Shown piece after piece: positions 1 through 7,824 of a stretch of 12,498 nt of DNA. The first letter of the stretch is position 1, and every line of letters begins with the position of its first letter. Origin of the DNA: an uncultured bacterium (GTDB lineage: Bacteria; Acidobacteriota; Thermoanaerobaculia; Multivoradales; JAHZIX01); contig CBDUPA010000050.1 of NCBI GenBank assembly GCA_965368975.1, positions 1 to 12,498 on the forward strand, given 5' to 3'. The position numbers and the translations under genes are program-made. The notes below the pieces were generated by a model. That model saw nothing but the letters and a program-made list of their open reading frames with translations. It ran no database searches and was not told the origin of the DNA.

Positions 1-54
1 CGACTTCAGATCGCATTCAGTCGGAATGGCCGGTCGGATTCATCGGAATAGGCA
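1..54. mobile_element. Terminal end of an IS21-family-like insertion sequence (element extends left of the window)
   Basis: Reverse complement reads TGCCTATTCCGATGAATCCGACCGGCCATTCCGACTGAATGCGATC: a 5'-TG terminus with reiterated ATTCCGA/ATCCGA units, as in IS21-family ends. The adjacent transposase frame looks genuine only from nt 56. Confidence 0.6.
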
Positions 55-55
55 C

Positions 56-661
56 TGGGAGCGCCAGGCGATCCTGGACTTTCACGAGCGCCATCCACTG
101 GAAGGCTACCGCCGTCTGGCCTTCATGATGCTGGATCAAGATGTCGTGGCGGTGAGCCCCTCCAGCGTCTACCGTGTCTTGCACCAAGCAGGCCGCTTGG
201 ACCGCTGGAACCGCAAGTCCTCCTCGAAGGGGCTTGGCTTTCAACAGCCAGCACAGCCGCATGAGCATTGGCACGTGGATGTGGCCTACATCAACTTGGC
301 CGCGACCTTCTACTACCTGCTCTCGGTGCTGGACGGCTACAGCCGATTCCTGCTCCACTGGGAGATTCGAGAGTCCATGACCGAGATGGATCTCGAGATC
401 GTCCTCCAGCGCGCCCGCGAGCAGTACCCGCAAGCCAAGCCGCGCATCATCACCGACAACGGCTCAGCCTTCATCGCCAAGGACTTCAAGGTCTTCATCC
501 GACTGGCCGGGATGACTCACGTCAAGACCTCGCCCTACTATCCGCAGTCCAACGGCAAGATCGAGCGCTGGCATCGCAGCGTCAAGAGCGAGGCTCTACG
601 CCGCTTCCAGCCAGAAGATCCGGGCCAAGCTCGCGGCTTTGTCGAGCAGTACGTGCACCAC
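56..661 (+). pseudogene. IS3/IS481-type DDE (rve) transposase fragment, truncated at both ends
   Basis: GYRRL, VSPSSVYRVL, WHVD, VLDGYSR and a TDNG-(35)-KIERWHRSVK D35E motif. The frame loses similarity after EQYVHH, where YN..R.HS would be expected. Confidence 0.85.
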
Positions 662-663
662 CC

Positions 664-957
664 GACAATGGCACGGAGTTCAGATCCAAACACTTCGATT
701 CTTGGGCCTATCAGACCGGCGTGGCACTGGATTTCATTACCCCGGGTCGACCGATGGAGAACGGCTACATCGAGAGCCTCAACGGCAAGCTCAGGGACGA
801 ATGCCTCAGCCAACACTGGTTCCAGACGCTGGCCGAGGCTCGGGCAGAGATCGAATCCTGGCGCCGGGAGTACAACGAAACGAGACCCCATTCTTCTTTA
901 GGAAATCTGGCGCCAGCCGAGTATGTCGAGCAAATTCTAGGAGTTAGAGTCAACTGA
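664..957 (+). pseudogene. 3' fragment of a second IS3-family (IS407-group-like) OrfB transposase
   Basis: Different frame: DNGTEF...PGRPMENGYIESLNGKLRDECL...WRREYNETRPHSSLG..P. It begins abruptly at the second catalytic Asp. Confidence 0.85.
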
Positions 958-975
958 ACCCAAGGAACCGGAGAT

Positions 976-1014
976 TTTCTCGTTTTGACTGGACCAGAAA
1001 TGGGGAGCACCTCA
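976..1014. mobile_element. IS3-family right terminal inverted repeat
   Basis: ...GGACCAGAAATGGGGAGCACCTCA-3' lies just downstream of the OrfB stop, with a CA-3' end and GGGG tract typical of IS3-family ends. Confidence 0.75.
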
Positions 1015-1025
1015 GCTGTGCTGAG

Positions 1026-1064
1026 ACTCTCATTTACCGTGGTACAAAGTTGGGGAGCGCCTCA
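1026..1064. mobile_element. Second, orphan IS3-family right end
   Basis: ...GGTACAAAGTTGGGGAGCGCCTCA-3', a related copy in the same orientation 50 bp after the first. Confidence 0.65.
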
Positions 1065-1276
1065 AGTCGGCCGCCAGAAAGTCCAAGCTTCCAACTACCG
1101 TATCCTCCGTTCCCAGGCCTTCGATTCCTGGCACCAAGTGAGCTTGGTCAGGTGAGATTGAAATGGCCGAGCTGCAGGCGAAGTTTGACTGCGCGAGGAT
1201 CAACGTGACATTACCTCATGGACCTAATCTGCCATGCCTGGCGCCATCTTGGCAGTACCCTGTGCCATGCCAGGCA

Positions 1277-4200
1277 CTAACTTGTCAGCACCGAACCAAG
1301 GCTTTTGCGAATCCTCTTCGGAACCTGGATTTCGCGCGTGAGTAACCGGGCTGCCAGATTCTTAGAGGAAAGATCCTGCCAGCCCCCGACGTCAAGTATC
1401 AGGCCCTCTTCCCCGTTGGCCGAAGCCAACGGAACCGTCAGCTTCTTCGTGCGGTCCATCTGGCCGAATACGCTGTAGCGCAATGAGACCTCGATAGGTC
1501 GATCGGTCTGTGGATTCTGAATCCCGACCTCCTCCAGGTCGTTGTCGCTCCAAAGCAGCAAAGGCTGCCCGCGTTTCACAACGAGACCGTCGATTCGAAT
1601 CATTCGATTGGCGGCGCCAAGTCTCTGACTGAAGATGACAGAAAACTCTTTGCTTTCCTCCGAGGTAATCTCAAGAGATTCCCCGTCGGCAGACATGAGA
1701 ATGACATCTTTGGATCCAGCCCGGGTTGGCATCCGTTCAAGAAAGACGGCCGCGCCCTCAGAGGAGGCTATGCTGTAGCTATAGGTTCCCTTTTTCGTGC
1801 CCGTGATCGTCCTAGTGTACCTTCTCCCAAAGGGCAGGACAAAGCAATTGGGGGCGAAGGGAATCACGAGTGCATCTGCCATCTCGAGGTGCGCGACTCC
1901 ATCGATGGAACCGATCAGGCCACCTTGTTCGTCTTCGACCTTGACCGTGGCGGGAGAGAATATCGTGTCGAGCAACAACATCCCCGACTCGAGCAGAGAA
2001 ATGGGCATGTTCACATCGTCGAGCAACAAGAATTTCAAGGAGGTGGTGCCCAGTGTGAAGCCTTTGTTGTAGAGAATCGTATTCGTCCCAGGTTTATAGT
2101 AGCTGAACCGAACGCGGCCTCCTCTCATGAAGAATCGGATGAAGTCTTCGCGATGCTCGGGGTAGTTTGGGTTGTAGATGTAGACCCGAGCCGGGAGCGC
2201 GCCCGTCTTCCTTTCGTAGACGAGTTTGTATGGCAAGACTGTGTGCGCCTGATTGAGGCGTTCCAAGTCCCAGATGGTGCCCGAAGGGATGAACGATATG
2301 ATGGGCCATTCGGTTGGGCTATCGGACTTTCTGAAGAAATCTTCTATCTCATGGAATACATTCAGCACATTGCGCTGCCCCATTCTGACCTGAGTGTTGA
2401 AACTCCTCAGCTGGTCAATGCCCAGTTGGTGGCCAAAGGCGATGGTCACCTCGGTGAGTGCCTGTTCCAAGCTGCGAGCGTGGATATTGTGAAGGCCGCC
2501 GAGAAAGTGATTGGCACAGGTTGATGCCATGCCCAGGCATAGGCCCTCGGAACCCCTGGCATAAGTCCGATAGAATGCATAGAACGGCCAAAAGAGCGGT
2601 TCGAAGACCGTGCTCTTGTGCACTTCATAGGAGCCGAAGGTAGCTTTCAGCGTGTCCCAGCTCGGCTTACCCCTTCCGGCAGCCTCGCCATTGGTGAAAG
2701 ACCATTCATCCAACTTCGGGTCAAACTTCAAACCATAGAGTGAACGGACCTTGAAGACCAGGCTGTTGCTTCTTTCACTACTGGGGTGAGGATTATAGAC
2801 CGCCAGGTCACAGGATCCTCCTTGTTCCCGAATCCACAAGTCGTCGAGGTAGGTGAGAGGAACTTGGAAAACGATCTGGTCCTGTCGCACCGACTCGGGG
2901 ACGACCGGGGTGTTGCTAATCAGAACATGAGCGCCTGGAGCGAAGGCCTTCCCGCGGACAGTGATCGACTCTCCGGGTGTGCCTTCACGGGGGCTGACGC
3001 TTTCAACCACGGGCAAGACCTCGAAGCTGACCTGGTTGCTGCGTTCGCCTTTCCGCTGAATGGCGATGTCGTGAAGGCCACCGGTAGCATGCTCGGGAAC
3101 CTTGAAGACGATCTGATCTGCACTGAGAAAGTGGGTATCCTTGACAACAGACCCGGAGAAGGTGAGTTCGTCGGCAGCAATGAGATTGGCACAGAGGGCC
3201 TTGACACGGGTGCCTGGAGCGCCCTTCTGCGGGTCCAGCCGGAAGAGCTCGGGCTGCGTGTATAGTTCCTCGAAATCGTCGTCGTTGATTTCATTGAGGT
3301 AGAGTTTTCCGTGTTCGCCATGGATTACTTTGGGAACGTTGAAGCTCAGGCCGCTACGCCCTCTTGCGCCTGGCTCCCCGTCTCTGCCCCTCCGGCTCGG
3401 CTTGGCAGAACACCATCTGCCACGCGCGTTACCGGCGCGGCCGCCTTGCCCTGGCTCGCCACCGAGGCCACCCAAACCCCCTGGAGCCCCCTTACCGCCA
3501 CAGATGACAGGGGCGAGCCCATTCTCTCCGATCTTCGAGAGGCTCTCATAAGTAGACCAGATTTCAAAAGTGCCGCCCTGTCCGCCTCTCCCGCCCTTGC
3601 CACCGTTGCCGCCATCGCCGCCATTGCCGCCGTTGCCGCCGTAGCCCGGCCCGCGTTTACAGTTGAATTTGCCACCCCTGGAATACAGCCCCTTGGCTCC
3701 ATGGCCGCCGTTTTCACCCCGCTGTCCGGGTTCTCCGGCCCCCCCCTCTCCGCCGCGGAGGATGATCTTCGGCAGACCTTCGAACTCAATGGCGATCATT
3801 TTGACTCGGGGTGCCGCTTCACCGTCGAAACCGTTGGCACCGTTGGCACCGTTACCACCGTTGTCCCCAGACGGACTGTGAAAACGTGAAGCTGAGGAAT
3901 GCTCGGTAGGGTTGAGATTTATAAACTTGTCATCATGTTGCCGCTGGCTATACTGATAGCTTTTCGGCATACTAGGAATATGATCGATTCGACTCCAGGT
4001 GATCGTCGAACTCGGCCCAGCAACAATCTTTTTTGCAATGATAGTAAACTCGGATACGTACTCGGAAAGAATCAGCCGATGGTTCTTGAAGTCGACGACT
4101 TCGGCACACAACACGGCTTCGTCCTGCATGACTTCGTCGTCGTCAGGCGGTGGCGTGAACCGCATTCTGTTGGCCTGCTTTCCGAGCATCCCAAGTTCCA

Positions 4201-4780
4201 TTGAGCTCGCTGCACTATCTTGGCTGCGACGCGAGCAAATGATTCCCGGGTGAATAATGAGGTCGTTCGAAAGGGCTAGGGGCTTGATTTCCGTGAGTTT
4301 CTCCGCACCCACGCGTCTTAGAACATCGCTGATTTGCAGCAGTTTGGGTTTGACCACCGCAGCGTCTCTTGGCCTGATAACCAGGGCCTGGTTGGTAATG
4401 CCGGGCGTGACGCCATTCAAGCTTTTGAAGCACTGCGCCTTCAGCTTCTGAAAGCTGGCGGGTTCCGTGGCTTCCTCGCCTGGGCACTCAATATTGATCG
4501 ATACTTGAGAAACGGATTTCCCTGAAACGTTGAGAATGGTCAAAGACCATTCACTTCCCTTCTGCAAGTCCTCTTGGGTCCAGGTGTAGGCAAGCGACAG
4601 GGGGCTGGGGCCGTCTTCCCGTGCGAAATATCCCACTTGACCCGGGCCGTTCAAAATGACGGCAAGACTGCGGGGCACCCCCGCCCAGTCTACGGAAACG
4701 GTCAATTGGCCAGCTTCGTGGACAGTCAGCTTGATGATTTCCTTCTCGTAGGGGCTCAAATCGAACGACTTTATAAGCAT
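1277..4780 (-). CDS. Large multidomain protein (~1167 aa): N-terminal beta-rich (PPC-like) domain, Gly-rich GGX/collagen-like region, two IPT/TIG domains, putative papain-like cysteine protease/transglutaminase domain, beta-rich C-terminus
   Basis: Long uninterrupted ORF. ATG at 4780 is preceded by an SD-like GGAAAGGTGA and is preferred over TTG at 4864. IPT-like segments PELFRLDPQKGAPG...FKVP...SNQVSFEV and PVVESVSPREGTPG...FQVP...SNSLVFKV. Motifs GLCLGMA, AHTVLPY, YIYNPNYP. No obvious signal peptide. Confidence 0.85.
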   Translation of the reverse strand: MLIKSFDLSPYEKEIIKLTVHEAGQLTVSVDWAGVPRSLAVILNGPGQVGYFAREDGPSPLSLAYTWTQEDLQKGSEWSLTILNVSGKSVSQVSINIECPGEEATEPASFQKLKAQCFKSLNGVTPGITNQALVIRPRDAAVVKPKLLQISDVLRRVGAEKLTEIKPLALSNDLIIHPGIICSRRSQDSAASSMELGMLGKQANRMRFTPPPDDDEVMQDEAVLCAEVVDFKNHRLILSEYVSEFTIIAKKIVAGPSSTITWSRIDHIPSMPKSYQYSQRQHDDKFINLNPTEHSSASRFHSPSGDNGGNGANGANGFDGEAAPRVKMIAIEFEGLPKIILRGGEGGAGEPGQRGENGGHGAKGLYSRGGKFNCKRGPGYGGNGGNGGDGGNGGKGGRGGQGGTFEIWSTYESLSKIGENGLAPVICGGKGAPGGLGGLGGEPGQGGRAGNARGRWCSAKPSRRGRDGEPGARGRSGLSFNVPKVIHGEHGKLYLNEINDDDFEELYTQPELFRLDPQKGAPGTRVKALCANLIAADELTFSGSVVKDTHFLSADQIVFKVPEHATGGLHDIAIQRKGERSNQVSFEVLPVVESVSPREGTPGESITVRGKAFAPGAHVLISNTPVVPESVRQDQIVFQVPLTYLDDLWIREQGGSCDLAVYNPHPSSERSNSLVFKVRSLYGLKFDPKLDEWSFTNGEAAGRGKPSWDTLKATFGSYEVHKSTVFEPLFWPFYAFYRTYARGSEGLCLGMASTCANHFLGGLHNIHARSLEQALTEVTIAFGHQLGIDQLRSFNTQVRMGQRNVLNVFHEIEDFFRKSDSPTEWPIISFIPSGTIWDLERLNQAHTVLPYKLVYERKTGALPARVYIYNPNYPEHREDFIRFFMRGGRVRFSYYKPGTNTILYNKGFTLGTTSLKFLLLDDVNMPISLLESGMLLLDTIFSPATVKVEDEQGGLIGSIDGVAHLEMADALVIPFAPNCFVLPFGRRYTRTITGTKKGTYSYSIASSEGAAVFLERMPTRAGSKDVILMSADGESLEITSEESKEFSVIFSQRLGAANRMIRIDGLVVKRGQPLLLWSDNDLEEVGIQNPQTDRPIEVSLRYSVFGQMDRTKKLTVPLASANGEEGLILDVGGWQDLSSKNLAARLLTREIQVPKRIRKSLGSVLTS
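3350..3871 (-). repeat. Coding low-complexity Gly-X-X repeats
   Basis: GDNGGNGANGANGFDG, GGEGGAGEPGQRGENGGHGAKG and GGNGGNGGDGGNGGKGGRGGQGG; 9-nt DNA units such as CCGTTGGCA and CCGTTGCCG. Confidence 0.9.
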
Positions 4781-5352
4781 TTGTTTCACCTTTCCTACGT
4801 CGTCCTGGCGGGGCGGCGATCGAGTACACTCACCTCGGTGCCTTCGCGTCGCCTCCTCTTTCAACGCCGAGTCCTCCTCTCGCCTGGAAGCCGAGAGGCG
4901 CCCACCATCACTGTAGCGCCTTAGAAGTAGACTTCAACGCCCAAACGAGTGAAGGTTGCTGCCACCTGGTGGGGTGGGCTTTCTCGTTCCACTCGGCGGA
5001 GCACGGCCGCACCGCGAAACGATCGGGTTCGCGTCTCGCGGGAAGCCAGGCTAGGATGTCAGCGAGACAGATCGAGGGCCCCTTCCAGTTCGCTGTGCCG
5101 GGCCGACGGAAGATATCTCCGACATCGGGCGACAAATCCCGCCTCCCCGTCACGATCTCCCCGTTCGCCACGAGTTCGTATCGGCATTCCATTTCGCGAG
5201 TTCCGGGACCAGATAACCAGCCTGCCGAGGGGTAGCCGGGCGAGGTGGCCCGCTGCACCTCGGAGCGCCGGAGGTGGACGTCGTGCACCCTGGCTCACAT
5301 GGCTTTCATCCTTGCGTTCGGCCCGCTTTACCGTCTGTTTTGCCCGCTCGCT

Positions 5353-6002
5353 GGAGGTAGATCACCGAGGTACAGGGGTGCCACCCGGCCGCCCTGGTCG
5401 AGGTACCGGGGTGTACGGGGGTGGAAAGGCAGCAAAGATCGCCGTCGCCGACGGCCAAGTGCTTCGATTCCGGCCCTCGTTTAACGTGGCACCTAAAAAA
5501 TCGCCGATCCGCCTCGATTGGGGAGAACCTGAGAGGTCGCCATTTCTACAATGCGTTATATTGACATATCCCAGCATTCGGCAATGCGCGGCCCTCAGCT
5601 CACTTACGCCTAGCTCGATTGGCCGAGAACCGTCACCGTGACTTCCGTGAGCCGTTCAACGAAGGAAGGCTGGCAATCGAAGCAGGGGCCAAAATTGCCT
5701 CGGTATAGTGCCTCGCTTCGGTTGTTTTGGCCTTGCAGGGCTGAGGGGTAGATTCGGGTACCCTCATTCGTACCAAATTTCATTATTTGCAGCATCGAGG
5801 TAGAGCAGGGTGCCACCCCCCCGTAGATTGGCCACCCTCAAGGTAAACGGGCTACGGGTACTCGGTACCCTGGTCAAAGCTGGCGATCCACACCCGATGG
5901 TACGGGAGGGACGTGCAGGATTCTGTCTTGGAGAGGCTGGAGGAGCCTGGAGAAAGCCCAGAAACAGCTGGGTGCAGGTAGGCTATCTGGCTACCCCTGA
6001 GC
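5353..6002. other. Motif-rich non-coding region downstream of the tyrosine recombinase; candidate recombination (res/att-like) or protein-binding locus
   Basis: Palindrome GGGTGCCACCC twice (5376-5386, 5808-5818), each preceded by CGAGGTA. About ten GGTA motifs in two clusters. Direct repeat CTCGATTGG..GAGAACC (5513-5529, 5614-5631) flanks an AT-rich imperfect palindrome at 5542-5569. Confidence 0.45.
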
Positions 6003-6022
6003 GATGAGGAGAGGCTGCCAGA

Positions 6023-6931
6023 TCAGGCAGCCAGGAAGGGGATGTCGAGGCTCTGGACAGCTTGGCGCTTGGCCTGCTCACCCCTGCGGTCATAACGGCT
6101 GGTCGTGGCAGCATTAGCGTGGCCGGCGAGCTGCTGGACGGTGAAGACATCGACACCGGCATCGAGCAGGTGGGTCACGGTTGAACGTCGAAGATCGTGG
6201 GCCGAGAAGTGGTCAACGCCAGCTTGCTGCTGCCGGCGGCGCAAGATGTAGGCGATGCAGCTGCCGCGCAGGCGGCTGTGGCACACCTCTCCGGTCTGGC
6301 GGATCGGACAGAAGAGCGGGCCGGAAGCCTCACCTCGGACGTTGAGCCAGGCCGCAAGGTACTGGCAGCCGGCATCGGTCAAGTAGACCATGCGCTCTTT
6401 GTTCCCCTTGCCGCGTACCAGGATCGCGCCCTCCTCCAGGTCGACCTCATCGACGTCGATCCGGGCGACCTCTCCTCTACGCAGGCCGCAGCCGTAGAAC
6501 ACGGTGAGCAGGGCGGCATCGCGGGCGCCCTTGGGGCTGGCGTCGCTCGTGCAGGCCGTAAACAACTGCACGATCTCGGGCATCTCCAGGGCACGCCCGG
6601 CAGGCAGCTTCGAGGCTCGCACGTTCGGCACCGACGCGGCGCGTTGGTAGGCATCGGCGTCGATCAGGCCGAGCGCCCACGATTGCTTGAGCACACCGCG
6701 CAGCGTCGACAGGATCTTATTGACGGTCGCAGGTTGGTAGCGCGCGATCAGAGCTTGCCGCACCGCCATGCCGTCGGCGTAGGTCAGTCGCCACCAGGGG
6801 TAGGTGTCGATGGTGTGGCTGGGATCGAGAATGGCAACGATCTTGTCGAGGCAGCGGCGCATACCTTGGCTGCCCTTGGACAGGCTTGCCATGTAGAGGC
6901 GAGCTGGGTTGGCGATGATCGAGGTCTTCAT
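6023..6931 (-). CDS. Tyrosine recombinase without an arm-binding domain (Xer/resolvase-like, 302 aa)
   Basis: Full catalytic set: RDAALL..FYGCGLRRGE (R), GKGNKER (K), HDLRRS (HxxR), LAGH, TTSRYDRR (Y). ATG at 6931 follows purine-rich GAGAAAGGG; the ORF-track extension to 7117 overlaps the predicted promoter. Confidence 0.93.
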   Translation of the reverse strand: MKTSIIANPARLYMASLSKGSQGMRRCLDKIVAILDPSHTIDTYPWWRLTYADGMAVRQALIARYQPATVNKILSTLRGVLKQSWALGLIDADAYQRAASVPNVRASKLPAGRALEMPEIVQLFTACTSDASPKGARDAALLTVFYGCGLRRGEVARIDVDEVDLEEGAILVRGKGNKERMVYLTDAGCQYLAAWLNVRGEASGPLFCPIRQTGEVCHSRLRGSCIAYILRRRQQQAGVDHFSAHDLRRSTVTHLLDAGVDVFTVQQLAGHANAATTSRYDRRGEQAKRQAVQSLDIPFLAA

Positions 6932-7033
6932 GAGGTGCCCTTTCTCGTGATGAATGACTGTGCTGCTGGGCAGGTGGTGCCGACGTCGTAACTTCCTTGT
7001 CGGTCTCACCTTACGTCTCTCTGCTCTTCTCCA

Positions 7034-7083
7034 TGGATACGGGATTTCGCGACGGCTCGTCAACGGGACGGCGTCGGATTTCT
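7034..7083 (-). promoter_or_regulatory. Putative sigma70-type promoter, copy 1 of a duplicated motif
   Basis: AGAAATCCGA-N4-GTCCCG-TTGACG-18 nt-TATCCA upstream of the recombinase. The -10 is weak, but the motif recurs at 7825-7874. Confidence 0.55.
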
Positions 7084-7151
7084 TCGGGGAATCGTTTGCG
7101 GAACCGACGGTGAGCAAGCGGACAGAAATAGGACCGTCGGGGCTCAGAGCT

Positions 7152-7239
7152 GTGGAGAGCCCTGGAGGGCGTGGACGAGGGGACTCAGGTGGTCAGCTAC
7201 CCGGCTGAGGGGTTTCAGGCTGGAGGCAGGCTCTCCACG
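7152..7239. repeat. Perfect 13-bp inverted repeat enclosing nested shorter dyads
   Basis: GTGGAGAGCCCTG (7152-7164) pairs with CAGGGCTCTCCAC (7227-7239). Inner CTCAG/CTGAG and GGTGG-TCAG-CTACC are centred at about 7195. Confidence 0.8.
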
Positions 7240-7351
7240 ATGGAGGGCAGTCATGGAGGGCTGAGAGGAATGGCCTGACGATGGCCACGAAGGAAACCGC
7301 CCCGAACTGGAGCGGCAAAGTAGAGGCGGATTTCTGAGCTAGCGGGGTCAA

Positions 7352-7768
7352 TCACTTCTTGGCGCTGCGCACCTTCGATCGTGCTGCCAGCTTGCTCGGT
7401 GTCGCTGTCCCGTTGGTCGCCTCGGGAAGCCGGAAGCCGACGACGCCGTTGCCGAAGTTCTCCGCGTCGAAGCGGCGCGCCTTCTCGGCGCTCAGGCCGT
7501 GGTGAGCAAACAAGCGCTTGCCGTCGACCAGGCGCGAGACGCTGTTGCTCTGCTCGCGCAGACGGTAGGCACCTCGGGCACCCTCGGAGGCGGCCTTGAG
7601 ACCGATGGCGCGGCTCGATGCATCGAAGCCGAGCTGGACGTGAGTCGTGCCCTTGCCTAGCATCTCGACGGTCGCGGCGGTCAGCACCAGAACACCGCCC
7701 CGGCGGACGGTGATCTCGGCGGCAGTGGCGCTGTGGGTGGCGTGGCCTTCGTAGAATTCGAAACTCAT
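7352..7768 (-). CDS. Small hypothetical protein (138 aa), possible AbrB/SpoVT-like DNA-binding fold with a basic C-terminal tail
   Basis: Strong SD AAGGAGA 7 nt before ATG 7768. ITVRRGGVLVLTAATVEMLG...VQLGFD...IGLK resembles the AbrB beta-beta-alpha-beta-beta pattern. Tail KLAARSKVRSAKK. Confidence 0.75.
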   Translation of the reverse strand: MSFEFYEGHATHSATAAEITVRRGGVLVLTAATVEMLGKGTTHVQLGFDASSRAIGLKAASEGARGAYRLREQSNSVSRLVDGKRLFAHHGLSAEKARRFDAENFGNGVVGFRLPEATNGTATPSKLAARSKVRSAKK

Positions 7769-7824
7769 AGTGAAGTCTCCTTGTTGGTTGTTGACGGCTT
7801 CGTTGCCTTGTCGCGTGGTGGTGG

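Noticed and set aside
26-901. 291-aa ORF as an intact transposase
   Set aside because: The first 10 codons come from the IS21-type end, and everything after ~661 is an out-of-frame read of a different transposase fragment.
1066-1155. Short + strand frame VGRQKVQASNYRILRSQAFDSWHQVSLVR* as the 3' remnant of an IS-disrupted gene
   Set aside because: Too short, with no recognisable motif.
1250-1268. Minus-strand TGGCAC...CTGC as a sigma54 promoter
   Set aside because: GG-to-GC spacing is 11 rather than the required 10 nt, and there is no downstream gene.
5539-5569. Canonical XerCD dif site
   Set aside because: TTATATTGACA only partly resembles the XerD arm and there is no good XerC arm at 6-bp spacing. 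Kept only as a generic candidate core.
5209-5998. Invertible promoter segment bounded by inverted repeats (5209-5225 vs 5974-5990, 14/17; 5228-5237 vs 5989-5998, 10/10)
   Set aside because: The two matches are in inconsistent order, so they do not form one collinear inverted repeat pair. Only mixed-orientation reads would revive the idea.
5353-6002. CRISPR array or integron attC array
   Set aside because: No constant-length repeats with regular spacers and no RYYYAAC/GTTRRRY-bounded dyads. The recombinase also lacks the IntI-specific insertion.
4781-6022. Several overlapping ORFs (e.g. 4949-5641 +, 4908-5288 -, 4969-5235 +)
   Set aside because: Arg/Pro/Ser-rich translations with no recognisable motif or SD, typical of spurious ORFs in GC-rich DNA. 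A decayed gene cannot be excluded.
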